A stretch of 64,000 bases of DNA, taken from Archangium sp. (GTDB lineage Bacteria > Myxococcota > Myxococcia > Myxococcales > Myxococcaceae). The first letter of the stretch is position 1. Each line of letters begins with the position of its first letter. The DNA lies in assembly GCA_031367385.1 (NCBI GenBank), contig JANLPS010000514.1, positions 1 to 64,000 of the forward strand, in the 5' to 3' direction. Under the pieces are notes generated by a model. It was not told the DNA's origin. It ran no database searches and saw only the letters and a program-made list of their open reading frames with translations. The position numbers were made by a program, and so were the translations under genes. Positions 19,776 to 29,469 of the stretch are shown here, one piece after another.

Positions 19776-20194
19776 GCGAGCTGGCCTCGCCCGGTACGCA
19801 GTGCGCGAGACACCCTGACACTGGGGCCACCTGGGTCTGCGGGCGCTGCGGCACGTTCATGTGCGCAGCCTGCGAGCGACGCACGAGGCCCGAGGCAAAG
19901 CCCATCTGCCCGGCGTGTTGGGAGCTGCGAGACCAACGGGTTGCTCCGGTACAGGTCGGCTCGAAGACCGCGCTGCAGACCGCCGGGTTCGTGTTGGGGT
20001 TCATCGCAGTGCTGCCGATACCGGTGTTGATCATCGGTTCAATCGTAATCAACATCGTGGCCTTCGTGAAGGCGACCGAGCCGCCCGCCAAGCTGACCCG
20101 GTGGAAGTCGGTCGTGGGGTTCAGCATTTCACTGATCAGCATGATGATTTGGGCAGTGGTGCTGTTCGCCGGAGCGCTCCTGAGCGGTGAATGA
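19772..20194 (+). CDS. B-box-like zinc finger plus DUF4190-like membrane protein
   Basis: CARHP...CGRCG.FMCAAC...CPAC followed by TM helices. Confidence 0.75.
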   Translation: MSELASPGTQCARHPDTGATWVCGRCGTFMCAACERRTRPEAKPICPACWELRDQRVAPVQVGSKTALQTAGFVLGFIAVLPIPVLIIGSIVINIVAFVKATEPPAKLTRWKSVVGFSISLISMMIWAVVLFAGALLSGE

Positions 20195-20517
20195 GCTGGT
20201 GGCGGCCGCCTGGTGATCGGGGCGGGCGCTGGGATCACCGCTGAACACGCGACACGGAGCTTCTATCGCAGTCGGGGCTCACGGCCTTGGCCGCTGCTGT
20301 TCGTCGGCGCGGCGCCGAGTTCTGATGAGTTGGCTGAAGCTGCGCCTTTTGAGCAAAGCGCTGTTGGTCAGAGGCAGGGTGCGTCGGCGCTTCAGGCGTC
20401 GGTTCGCCCGTGCTGAAAATCCGGATCGCTGGGGAGCTTGCACGCGGAGGCGAGGGCGCAGGGCCTGAGCCGGTGCGCCCCGCCGCTGAAAAGGCCAAGC
20501 AGGAGCGTCGACCGATC

Positions 20518-21738
20518 TCAAGGGGTGCCGGCGTCGTAACTGAGCATCGAATCGATGTCGGGCATTCCGTCGAACTGCTTTTGCAGAGCCTCGTCCGTGA
20601 TCGACGGGCTGCTCGCAATGCGTCCCGCCAATGTCGGGTCGCACGGAGACTGCGCCAATAACCAATTGAGATTCGCCTTTGCCTCAGGCAGTGCGTCTCG
20701 CGCAGCAGCGCTCATGCCCAAAGCCTCGTTGATGGCAGTACACCGGCTCGCGGTGCAGGCAATCGCCTGTTCACGAACGGATTTGGGCACTCCTGGCATC
20801 AAAAAGAGCATGCCGGACCACGTTGTACGTCGATAAGTCTGCGTGTCTTCGGTGCTCGGTAGACTTGCCGGCGGGGCGAGGCCGCGACGCTCGTAGAAGG
20901 TGCGCTCCGTGCCATACATCGCCGAGCGAATCATTTCTCCGATGAGAATCTGCGTCGAGGCACACAGGTCTGCGAGGTGGCGAACTTCGACCGACGCACG
21001 AGCGAGATCACCCTCACGGGCGCCCTTGACCAGCCGCAACTTCGCCCACTGCTGGAGCGAAATGAAATTGGGGATCGGAGCCTCGAGGTAGTTCGTGTCT
21101 TTCAGATCTCGCAGCGGGCCGGTCGTGCTCATCGACCAGGTGTCGAATTCGAGCAGGTCGCTCATCCACCCGAAGTCGAGGCCGGCGTAGTCCGCAGGCG
21201 TCATGTCGACCCAATGCTGGGGGGGCGAACCCATGCGGTCGGTGAGCGACTTGGGGAGATGCAGCGAACCGATGATGCCGCCCTCCCAGTCGATGCGGCT
21301 CGACAAATACAGCGCCGCGTCTCGATTACCGGTTGGCGGCGGTGGAGCGAACGCTTTCACCTTCGAAACCCTTCGGCTCAGCTCGCAGAATCGGTCGACG
21401 TTGCGCGTCGCTTGCTCTGCGTTCTTGGCGAGCATCATCATGAACTGCATCAGCGCGAGGCCTCCGTCTTGAGTGGTCTCATCATCAATTGGCTCATCGT
21501 CGAGTCCGGGTCCCGCATCAGGCGGGCTTGATTCAGTGACTCCCACGCTCGGCGGCGTGCCTGGTGACAAGGGTCGAAGCAGGTCGCTTGGCGCGCTGGT
21601 CGCGCTGCGTCGGGCGACGGCGATTCGCTCGCTGTTCGAGCTGGTCTCCTGTGACGTCGAGAGCTCGAGCAGCCGCCACCCCAGCACGACCACTGCGATC
21701 ATCGCGCCGATGATCACCAGCCACTTGATTCGTTTCAC
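20518..21738 (-). CDS. Hypothetical membrane-anchored extracytoplasmic protein
   Basis: GTG start overlapping the upstream stop (GTGA), N-terminal TM helix, PPDAG linker. Confidence 0.7.
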   Translation of the reverse strand: MKRIKWLVIIGAMIAVVVLGWRLLELSTSQETSSNSERIAVARRSATSAPSDLLRPLSPGTPPSVGVTESSPPDAGPGLDDEPIDDETTQDGGLALMQFMMMLAKNAEQATRNVDRFCELSRRVSKVKAFAPPPPTGNRDAALYLSSRIDWEGGIIGSLHLPKSLTDRMGSPPQHWVDMTPADYAGLDFGWMSDLLEFDTWSMSTTGPLRDLKDTNYLEAPIPNFISLQQWAKLRLVKGAREGDLARASVEVRHLADLCASTQILIGEMIRSAMYGTERTFYERRGLAPPASLPSTEDTQTYRRTTWSGMLFLMPGVPKSVREQAIACTASRCTAINEALGMSAAARDALPEAKANLNWLLAQSPCDPTLAGRIASSPSITDEALQKQFDGMPDIDSMLSYDAGTP

Positions 21739-23279
21739 GATTTTCGCCGCCAAGAGAACAGGGCGAGGCCCAACGCGGTGCTGCTCAGCGGCATCACGGC
21801 CCATGGCCACGAGGTCGAATTCGGCGGAGCGACGGGCGGCTCGAGCGGAGTGACTGACGGGCGCTCCCAGAGCGTCAAATCGCCCTTCCACGCGCTGCGC
21901 AGATCGAAGCCTCGACTCTGCAGCAACCGGGTGGCCCGAGAATCTGCCGTGATGACCCACCGCAGGTGCAGCACGTCGGCCTGCGCCAAGACCTGATCGA
22001 GCGCCGCCTGCCCTCGCGCGTCACCCAATGGCAGCTCGTCGAGGTTCACGAACCCGGTGCCCTTGAGCGACGAGGCGGCGACCCACGGCAGCCCGGTGTC
22101 GAGGCTGGGAGCGCGAACCCTGCGGGCAAGCTCGAAGCGCGCGGCGCCGACATGCAACGTCAAGTAGCGAAACGATTCGCTGCCAGGTTGCTCGAGTGCG
22201 ATTCGGGCTTCTCGCAGCGCGTTGTTGCGGTGCCCATAGCCGTCGTTGTTGCTGCCTCCCAAGACCATTGAGCTGGTGAGCAACAGACCGAGCACCGCGA
22301 CCAGGCCCGCCCGGGCGTTGAGCGTCGGAGGCACCGAGGTCGTGCTGACCAGCGCCCACCCGGTGGCCGAGAACGCCGCCGCCAACCAGAGCCATTTGTC
22401 TGCGGCGACTCCCGGCATCACGTGGGTCACAGACAGCACGGCGAGGGCGATCAGCACGAAGCCGATCAGACGACCGGTGCGGCCGCCGAGGCCCAGGCTC
22501 ACCACCGCGCTCCAGGCGATCATGCCCCACACGACGGCGGTCGAGACCAGGTTGCCGCCATCGAGCTTGCTGCCCGGCATCGCTGGGGCTGCCCACATCA
22601 GCTCGATGAACGGCTTGAGGGCGAGCGCGGCGATGACGACGGCTGCCGCGCCTGAGGCCAGCACACCGAACCTCCATCGCGAGGTCGCTCCGCGCGAGGT
22701 CAGCGCCATCACCGCAACCACTGCCAGCGCGACGACTGCCGCAGCGTGCGTGCACACGGCGGCAGCAGCGAAGAGCGCTCCAGCGACCAGCGCGCGGGGG
22801 CCTTGGGTATCAGACAGCCAGCACGCACCCGCGACCAACGCGAACGCGGTGCCGACGAGAAACGGCGCCTGCCCGAAGGGGAACAAAAACAGGTACCCGA
22901 GCGGGTTCGCGGCGGTGAGCCATGCGGCCACGTCACCGGCGCGAGGCGACTCGAGCCGCTCGACGAAGAGGCCCATCGCCGCAGTCAGCACCACCGGCGT
23001 GAGCGCGATGATCACCGCATACGACCGCTCGAGCCCGACGAAGGGTACCCGCGCGAGCAGTGCGATCATCTGGTGCAACAGCGGCGGGTGGCCGGCGAAA
23101 GAGTGCCCGAGGTCCCACTGGGTGCTCCAGACGCTGGTGAAGGCGCTCAGCGCGTGCTGCGCGAGGCTCAAGTGCAGCTCGTGCGCGGGCTGCATCGGCA
23201 ACCCACCGAGCACGCCGTACACGCCGAGCGCCCAGGCCAACAACAGGGCTCCGGTTCGCGGCGTGAGGCTCGAGGTCAT
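21735..23279 (-). CDS. Polytopic membrane protein, GT-C glycosyltransferase-like
   Basis: WSTQWDLGHSFAGHPPLLH loop of the W..G....YPP type seen in GT-C/PTPS-related proteins, about 12 TM helices, coupled to the GT4 gene. Confidence 0.6.
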   Translation of the reverse strand: MTSSLTPRTGALLLAWALGVYGVLGGLPMQPAHELHLSLAQHALSAFTSVWSTQWDLGHSFAGHPPLLHQMIALLARVPFVGLERSYAVIIALTPVVLTAAMGLFVERLESPRAGDVAAWLTAANPLGYLFLFPFGQAPFLVGTAFALVAGACWLSDTQGPRALVAGALFAAAAVCTHAAAVVALAVVAVMALTSRGATSRWRFGVLASGAAAVVIAALALKPFIELMWAAPAMPGSKLDGGNLVSTAVVWGMIAWSAVVSLGLGGRTGRLIGFVLIALAVLSVTHVMPGVAADKWLWLAAAFSATGWALVSTTSVPPTLNARAGLVAVLGLLLTSSMVLGGSNNDGYGHRNNALREARIALEQPGSESFRYLTLHVGAARFELARRVRAPSLDTGLPWVAASSLKGTGFVNLDELPLGDARGQAALDQVLAQADVLHLRWVITADSRATRLLQSRGFDLRSAWKGDLTLWERPSVTPLEPPVAPPNSTSWPWAVMPLSSTALGLALFSWRRKS

Positions 23280-24514
23280 GCGGGCGGGCAGACCACCAGG
23301 TTGGCGCGGCCCGGGTGAATCGCAGGGGCCGCGTGCATGTGGGTGGGGGCGAGCCACCGCTCCATCGAGCGGTCTTCGACGAGGTCTCTGAAGATGCGCG
23401 CGAGCTTGTGCGCCTGGGTCTCGAGCGTGACCCGGCGTGCGACTGCCAGGTTGCCCTCGCCCATGCTGGCGGCGAGCTTTTCGTCGGTGAGCACCTGGCG
23501 AAGTGAATCGACCAACGAGGGTTGATCATCGAACACCAGCGCCGAGCCGCCTTCGAAGCGCAGCTGCTCGAGAAGGGCGGCTTCATTCGAGAGCACGACC
23601 GGCCGCCCGTAGCTGCGGCAGAGGTTGAGCACTCCAGAGGCGCCCGCGTTGGTGCGGTACGGCAAGACGACCACCGAGACCGAGGTGAACAGCTTCGAGA
23701 GGTCGGCCTCGGGCACGTACCCGGTGAACTTGACGAACGGTGACGAGCTGTAGCGGGCGACGAGCTGCTGATAAATCTCGGGGAAGTACGGGTGCGCGCC
23801 CCCGCCCAACACCAGCTCGGCGGGCACGCCTGACTCACGCAGCTGCCGCGTCGACTCGACGAGCAGGTCGGCGTCTTTGAATGCGCCCCAGAAGCCGAAC
23901 GACAAGATGCGAGGGGTGGCGATGACCGGAGGCGTGCTGACCTTGGCGCCCCAGGTGCCGTGCGAGAGGTGGGCGACGTTGTCGCTGCCCATCGCCTGCA
24001 GCGCGGCCTGCATGCTGGGCATGGTGACGGTGACGAGGTTCGAGCGCAGGTACAGATGGCTTGCGACCCGCATGCCGAGCTGGGTGGCTTTGCCGACGCC
24101 CATGCGATCGAGGCGCACGGTGTCGCCGATGGTGTGGAGCGTGGTGACGACCTTGTGGCCGGCCATTCGGAGGCCCAGCGGCACCGCAGCTCCGGCGATG
24201 CTGGCGCGGCGGCTCTTGCCCCAGGTGCGAATGCCGGCGTTCACATAGACCACGTCGGCGTTGAGCGCGGTGGCCTCGGTGGCGATCGCGACGAACGACG
24301 TCGGCTCGTCGAGCGACCAGCGTCGGCGAATCGTCAGCGTCGGGCTGACCACCTCGGTCTCGGGCGCTCCGGCGACTCGATTGGCGATGACGGTAACTCG
24401 CGCGACGCCTTCGGCGGTTGAGAGCGCATGACTGACGTGAAACCCGTACTCCGCCAAGTTGCCGCGGTCTGGGGGGTAGGTCGACACAACAACGACGTGA
24501 AGAGAAGAGGCCAT
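23276..24514 (-). CDS. Glycosyltransferase family 4
   Basis: STYPP, SFGFWGAFKD, FTGYVPE and VVVLPY..ASGVL....YGRPVV. Confidence 0.88.
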   Translation of the reverse strand: MASSLHVVVVSTYPPDRGNLAEYGFHVSHALSTAEGVARVTVIANRVAGAPETEVVSPTLTIRRRWSLDEPTSFVAIATEATALNADVVYVNAGIRTWGKSRRASIAGAAVPLGLRMAGHKVVTTLHTIGDTVRLDRMGVGKATQLGMRVASHLYLRSNLVTVTMPSMQAALQAMGSDNVAHLSHGTWGAKVSTPPVIATPRILSFGFWGAFKDADLLVESTRQLRESGVPAELVLGGGAHPYFPEIYQQLVARYSSSPFVKFTGYVPEADLSKLFTSVSVVVLPYRTNAGASGVLNLCRSYGRPVVLSNEAALLEQLRFEGGSALVFDDQPSLVDSLRQVLTDEKLAASMGEGNLAVARRVTLETQAHKLARIFRDLVEDRSMERWLAPTHMHAAPAIHPGRANLVVCPPA

Positions 24515-24597
24515 CGGCGCTCATCATATGAGACCGTGCATCGTTGACCTAAAATCTCACCAGCAAGTCTGGCAGTTTGGTGCGTTTCAGCGCACAC

Positions 24598-24615
24598 TCG
24601 TGCAAATATGCACGA
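24598..24615. promoter_or_regulatory. Palindromic operator/UAS overlapping the regulator start
   Basis: TCGTGCA-AATA-TGCACGA; the core ACTCGTGCA-N4-TGCAC recurs at 26393-26410. Confidence 0.55.
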
Positions 24616-26380
24616 CGAGCTCGGCACACCTGAATCGCGGCGCGTGCACCGCCGCATACCCGCGAGGCTCGAGGTCGAGGTGGTGGGCCCGGGGCTTCAG
24701 CTGGTGGGGCTCACGACCAACGTCAGTCAGGGCGGAGCGGCGTTGCGCCTGGTGGGTGCGGCACCCACGGTCGTCCCCATCGGCCTCGAAGTCGAGGCGA
24801 AATTTCGGCTGCCTGGGCAACCCACCGCGGTGCGCATGCCGGCGCGGGTCGCCTGGCTGACCGAACGGAGCGCCGATGGAGCCGCGGCGCAGGAGCTGGG
24901 GCTTCAGTGGAGCGAGGGCACGTCGGTGCGTGGGCTCGAGATCTTCTTGAGCGGGTTTCGATTTCGGGTGGTGGTGCTCGACTTGCTGCTGGGGCCGATC
25001 TTCGAGCGCGAGGTCGAGCGGGCGGCTGACGTGCTGTCGCTCTCTGACCCGCGGGTGCTGTGGGAGTTGCTGCGCGGGCCCGAGGTGGGCTTGGTGCTCT
25101 GCCGAGCGTCGCCCGACGTGCTGCGAGAAGTGGTGAACCGCACCGAGGCCGAGGGTACGCCGGTGGTGGTGATCACGAGCACGGTCGAGCCCGAGCTGCG
25201 GGCGCTGCTGACCCGGCAGCAACGGGTCATTTGCCAACCCAGCTCGGTCGACCCGGTGGCGCTGGGGGCGCTGGTGGTTCGGCTGCTCGATGCGACCACG
25301 CAGTCGAAAGAGAATGATCGCCTGGCCGTCGGGCTCGAGACCGAGCTGCGGGCGCTGCGCGAAGAGAAAGCGGCGCTCAAGGGCCAGCTGGCCCAGGGGG
25401 GCCCGGCCCATCGGTTGCTCGGCACCAGCGCCCCGATGAAGCGGGTCAGCGAGGCCATCGACCGGCTGGCGCGCCTCGATACGACGGTGTTGCTGGTGGG
25501 CGAGACGGGCACCGGCAAGGGGGTCACCGCCAGGGCGGTTCAGAAATCGAGCCGCCGCGCCGAGAAGGTCTTCATCACCCAGAACTGCGCCGCGCTGCCC
25601 GAGTCATTGCTCGACAGCGAGCTGTTCGGCCACGTGCGAGGCGCGTTCACCGGCGCGGTGAGCGACCGAGCAGGGCTGTTCGAAGCCGCGAGCGGCGGCA
25701 CCGTTTTTCTCGACGAGCTCACGGAGATGTCAGCCGCGATGCAGGCGAAATTGCTGCACGTTCTGCAGGAGGGAGAGCTGCGGCGGGTCGGCTCGACCCA
25801 GTCGACGCGGGTCGATGTGCGCGTCATCTGTGCCACCAACCAGCCGCTCGAGCCGCTGGTCGAGAGTGGGCGCTTTCGCGAAGACCTCTATTACCGCCTG
25901 GCGCCCTTCGTGATTCACCTGCCGCCCCTGCGCGAGCACCGTGAAGACATCGCTCTGCTGGCTGGGCACTTTCTGGCGGAGTTCGAGATGCGGCATGGCG
26001 GTGAGGCGCGCACGCTGGCCGGCCCTGCCATCGCGGCCCTCGAGCAGGCGCCGTGGCCGGGCAATGTGCGGCAGCTCCAGCACTTGATGGAGCGGCTGGC
26101 GATCACCGCGGCGCCGAACGGTGCCATCGGAGCCGCGCAGGTGCGCGAAGCCCTCAATGTACCGACGCCTCGAACGAAGCAGCAGGCCAGCGAGGCGACC
26201 CGAAAGGCCGGCGAGTCGCTCGACGAGGCGCTGCAGCGAATCGAGAAGGCGATGGTGATGGACGCGCTGGAGTCGACGCGCTTCGTAATCACCGACGCCG
26301 CTGAAAAGCTGGGGGTGAACCGTTCGACGCTCTCGCGGCGGCTCACCCGGCTCGGCATCAAAATACCGAACGCCTCGTGA
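24608..26380 (+). CDS. PilZ-domain sigma54-dependent transcriptional activator (bEBP)
   Basis: PilZ motifs RRVHRR and NVSQGG, Walker A GETGTGKG, GAFTGA, FLDE, WPGNVRQL and a Fis-type HTH. Confidence 0.9.
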   Translation: MHDELGTPESRRVHRRIPARLEVEVVGPGLQLVGLTTNVSQGGAALRLVGAAPTVVPIGLEVEAKFRLPGQPTAVRMPARVAWLTERSADGAAAQELGLQWSEGTSVRGLEIFLSGFRFRVVVLDLLLGPIFEREVERAADVLSLSDPRVLWELLRGPEVGLVLCRASPDVLREVVNRTEAEGTPVVVITSTVEPELRALLTRQQRVICQPSSVDPVALGALVVRLLDATTQSKENDRLAVGLETELRALREEKAALKGQLAQGGPAHRLLGTSAPMKRVSEAIDRLARLDTTVLLVGETGTGKGVTARAVQKSSRRAEKVFITQNCAALPESLLDSELFGHVRGAFTGAVSDRAGLFEAASGGTVFLDELTEMSAAMQAKLLHVLQEGELRRVGSTQSTRVDVRVICATNQPLEPLVESGRFREDLYYRLAPFVIHLPPLREHREDIALLAGHFLAEFEMRHGGEARTLAGPAIAALEQAPWPGNVRQLQHLMERLAITAAPNGAIGAAQVREALNVPTPRTKQQASEATRKAGESLDEALQRIEKAMVMDALESTRFVITDAAEKLGVNRSTLSRRLTRLGIKIPNAS

Positions 26381-26385
26381 AGAAG

Positions 26386-26479
26386 TGCACGAACTCGTGC
26401 ATTGCTGCACACTCATCTCGCCTGGGTCAAAGCAAGATCATGAGGTTGAAGAGACCCCAGGCCAGGTATGCGCCTTGCT
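26386..26479 (+). promoter_or_regulatory. UAS plus sigma54 promoter for the downstream lipoprotein gene
   Basis: TGCACGAACTCGTGCATTGCTGCAC, an IHF-like GATCATGAGGTTG, and AGGTATGCGCCTTGCT (GG 26465-6, GC 26477-8). Confidence 0.65.
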
Positions 26480-26491
26480 GAGCGCTGGGGC

Positions 26492-28114
26492 ATGAACCGG
26501 CGAATCGTTTGGGCGGTGATCGTTCTCAGCGGCTGCGGCGTGGCAAGCGAGCAAGGCGAACGGCCTGTCGCCTTCGACGTTGGCGAGTCGAACGACCCGA
26601 TCGTAAAGGCGCAAGCGCTGGCGGTCACGACCGACACCGTCTCCATCACCTTGAAGAACACCACGGCGTACGCCTTCTCACAGGGGCTCTTGTTGTTCTC
26701 AGTCCCGTTCACGGTCAATGGCACGGCCACGGTGCCGATGACCAAGTTCATCAGCAGCTCGAGCGCGACCCACAGCGACGCAAACGCCTTCGCCACGAAC
26801 CTGGGGTTGACGGTGAACACGAGTGCGTTCCTGGTCGCGGCGCTCCCGAAGACGACGGGCACGACGACGGTCACCATTCAGGTGCCCAGCGGCTCGAAGG
26901 TGACCTACGTCGCCCGCGTCGAAGGCTCGGTCGACGACTTCGTGGCGGCGGTCGACGTGCCGCTGACCGGCTCGGCCCCCGGCCCGGTCAACGCCGTGCT
27001 TCAGGGGTACGACCTCGCAGACGCCGCGAACATCACCACCCTGGGCAACGGCACAACTGGCCAGACCCTCGGCGCGACGTCGATCGTGGTCAACAACCTG
27101 AGCGATTGCCCGGCGGGCGCGGTGACGGTGAGCGAGAACCTGCTGACGAGCGACTTCAGCGCAGGCGTCGGCTCGAAGGCGTGGCCCGTGGGCTTCGGGT
27201 GGGACGGCGAGTTCAACGGCGATTGGTACACCGATGGCGTCACCGCGCGCGTCTACAACCCGAACTGGGGCGGTGCTGACCCTGCCGCGCCGATACCGAC
27301 GGTCACCGGGTTTTGGAAGCGGCTCGATGTGTGCCCGGCAGTCGGCGCGTTGCTGCAGCTCGACGCGAAGGTGACGACGCAGTTCACCGACAGCACCAGC
27401 GACACGACCCTGGTCGTCTACTTCTTCGACCGCGCCGGAGCGCTGATCAGCGTCACCACCAACTGGCCGATCTACGACCAGAGCGATCGCACCACCGCCG
27501 TTCATGACGCCGTCATCCCCACGGGGACGCGGCGCATCGTGGTCGCGCCGATGGCTCGGTTGGGCACCTCTGAACAGGGCGACGTCTTCTATGACCAGAT
27601 CAGCGCCGACTACGAGCCGTCGACCATCTATACGAACACCACGCTCCAGACCGACGACTTCTCGCAGCTGCAGGGTGGCACGTACGGCAGCAATCAGCCC
27701 AAGGGCTGGGCCGAGTTCGGCGGCGACTGGTACGGCATGACCGCGAAGGGTTGGGCGACGCTGGGCAACCCGTCGTGGGTGGCCGGCGGCAAGACCAACG
27801 TCGACACGGGCCTGACGAAGTCGTTTTCGCTATCGGGCTTCGGCACCGGTGACTTCATCAACGCGAAGATCTTCGCCGCGGCGACCTTCACCGACCCGAC
27901 CTCGTTCGTTCGTCTGCGCTTGGTGTTCAACAACGGCACCTTCGTCGAGTCGCAGCGCCAGGTTCGCGGCTGGGGCAACCTCGAGGTGCGACGCCAGGCA
28001 GTGCCGACGGGGGCGAGCAGCGTGACCGTGATCGTCAACGCCTTCTTGGGCCCGAAGGAGACGTCGTCGCTCTACGTCGACGACTTCGTGATGCTGAAGG
28101 CGCACAAGAACTAG
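26492..28114 (+). CDS. Lipoprotein with spondin-like N-domain and two tandem carbohydrate-binding-like domains
   Basis: Lipobox LSGC; ITLKNTT..FS...DDFV...GYD spondin-like pattern; duplicated ~160-aa domain (EFxGDWY...NPxW...FTDxTS...PTG...YxD). Confidence 0.7.
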   Translation: MNRRIVWAVIVLSGCGVASEQGERPVAFDVGESNDPIVKAQALAVTTDTVSITLKNTTAYAFSQGLLLFSVPFTVNGTATVPMTKFISSSSATHSDANAFATNLGLTVNTSAFLVAALPKTTGTTTVTIQVPSGSKVTYVARVEGSVDDFVAAVDVPLTGSAPGPVNAVLQGYDLADAANITTLGNGTTGQTLGATSIVVNNLSDCPAGAVTVSENLLTSDFSAGVGSKAWPVGFGWDGEFNGDWYTDGVTARVYNPNWGGADPAAPIPTVTGFWKRLDVCPAVGALLQLDAKVTTQFTDSTSDTTLVVYFFDRAGALISVTTNWPIYDQSDRTTAVHDAVIPTGTRRIVVAPMARLGTSEQGDVFYDQISADYEPSTIYTNTTLQTDDFSQLQGGTYGSNQPKGWAEFGGDWYGMTAKGWATLGNPSWVAGGKTNVDTGLTKSFSLSGFGTGDFINAKIFAAATFTDPTSFVRLRLVFNNGTFVESQRQVRGWGNLEVRRQAVPTGASSVTVIVNAFLGPKETSSLYVDDFVMLKAHKN

Positions 28115-28134
28115 TTTGTTTGGTTCGTCTGCGC

Positions 28135-29277
28135 TCACGAACCATTCGCCCAGTGCGCCGAGAGGCTCTGCCCCGCTCCGCTCAACGAGCCGTCGGGCCG
28201 CATGACCCAGAAACCGCGGCAGCCATTCTGCGCGCTGCACTCGTTGTCGAAGATCTGCCAGTACACCGCGCCTCGAACGTCGTTCTTCTTCGCCACCGCG
28301 AGCGTGCGCTCGATCAGCTCGGCCGCGGGCGCCACCTCGTTCTCGTTCTCAGCGAAGCCGAGCTCGCCCAACATCACCGCTGAGCCCGCCGGGGCGAATT
28401 GGCGAATCGTGGCGAGGGCAGTCGTCAGCCGTGTCTCAAGCACGTCGGCGCTGGCGCCTTCGAGCGCTTCCCACGCTGAGTACGAGATCAGGTCGGCGCA
28501 GGCGTTCGGCACGACCGCGCTGATCACCCGCGGGCCCACGCCGACGTCGAGCACCCGGTTGACTTCGATGGCATCGGCGATGGCGACCCCAGGGCGTGCT
28601 TCGCGATCACGCGCCACCGCGATGGCCTGGTGCCGCGACGACAACCACTTCGACATTCGCTCGATGCGGTCGGCCGGGGCAATCGTGCTCGGGTCGTAGT
28701 TGCCGAACAGCGCCCAGTCGCCTTCCCACGTCTGAAGCACGAAGGTCTTGCCGCTGCCCGCGTAGCGCGTCGAGAGCAAGGTCACGAGCTCGTCGAGCTC
28801 TTGCGCTTCGGCTGACAAGAGGCCGTCGACCTCGCGGCCTCTCCACGGGTCGCCGCTGCCCATCGAGAACGAGTAGGTGGTCAACACGAAGGTGTCGAAC
28901 GGTTGGTCGAACACGTCGCGAAAGGCCTGCGAGTCGGCGAGCGCAGCGAGTGAGCCGATGCCCTCGGGCCACGCCTGCGGGTACTTGGTTCGAAACTCGG
29001 GCGTGAGAAAGAGCTTGAGCGTTCGCGCCCCGAGCTCGCGTGCACGCAGCGCTCCGGCCTGGAGAAACGATTCAGACGCCTGATGCCGAACCGCGTAGGT
29101 GCCGGCCACGTGCGCCACGCCCAGGCCGATGGTGCTCGGAGGCCGGGGGCGACAGGCGAGGGTCACGGGTGCCGTGGGCGGCGAAGCGACGCTCGCAGTC
29201 GAGCGCTCGGGCGGCGCTCCGCAGTGGGTCAGCATCGCCAAGCCAAACAGCACCATCGTCAGTCGTTGAGCGTTCAC
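28135..29277 (-). CDS. Lipoprotein, putative clan GH-A glycoside hydrolase (start uncertain, 29256-29277)
   Basis: Lipobox-like LTHC; TIM-barrel-like motifs LQTWEGDW, DLISYSAWE, MLGELGF and YWQIFDN. Confidence 0.6.
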   Translation of the reverse strand: MNAQRLTMVLFGLAMLTHCGAPPERSTASVASPPTAPVTLACRPRPPSTIGLGVAHVAGTYAVRHQASESFLQAGALRARELGARTLKLFLTPEFRTKYPQAWPEGIGSLAALADSQAFRDVFDQPFDTFVLTTYSFSMGSGDPWRGREVDGLLSAEAQELDELVTLLSTRYAGSGKTFVLQTWEGDWALFGNYDPSTIAPADRIERMSKWLSSRHQAIAVARDREARPGVAIADAIEVNRVLDVGVGPRVISAVVPNACADLISYSAWEALEGASADVLETRLTTALATIRQFAPAGSAVMLGELGFAENENEVAPAAELIERTLAVAKKNDVRGAVYWQIFDNECSAQNGCRGFWVMRPDGSLSGAGQSLSAHWANGS

Positions 29278-29469
29278 GACTGTGGGTGATTTCAGTATTC
29301 GTTCCACCCAAAAGGGCAGCGGGCCCGAAGGGTTACGGCCCCGCGTGCCGGGTGGCGTCGTCGAACGAGGTCGGCAGCGACTGGTGAGCACTGTAGGGTT
29401 TTCGCGCACCATGTCGCATGTGTTGCGACTCCATTGTGAGCGGCTTACCCTCTCGATTTGAGAGGCCTC

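Noticed and set aside
20195..20517. 320-bp gap between convergent genes as a possible ncRNA or pseudogene
   Set aside because: No convincing RNA structure or protein motif; left unassigned (needs BLASTx/Infernal).
24569..24584. TGGCAGTTTGGTGC as a sigma54 promoter for the PilZ activator
   Set aside because: The GG-to-GC spacing is 9, not the required 10.
29300..29350. GC-rich hairpin as a possible c-di-GMP riboswitch
   Set aside because: It lacks the GEMM consensus elements.
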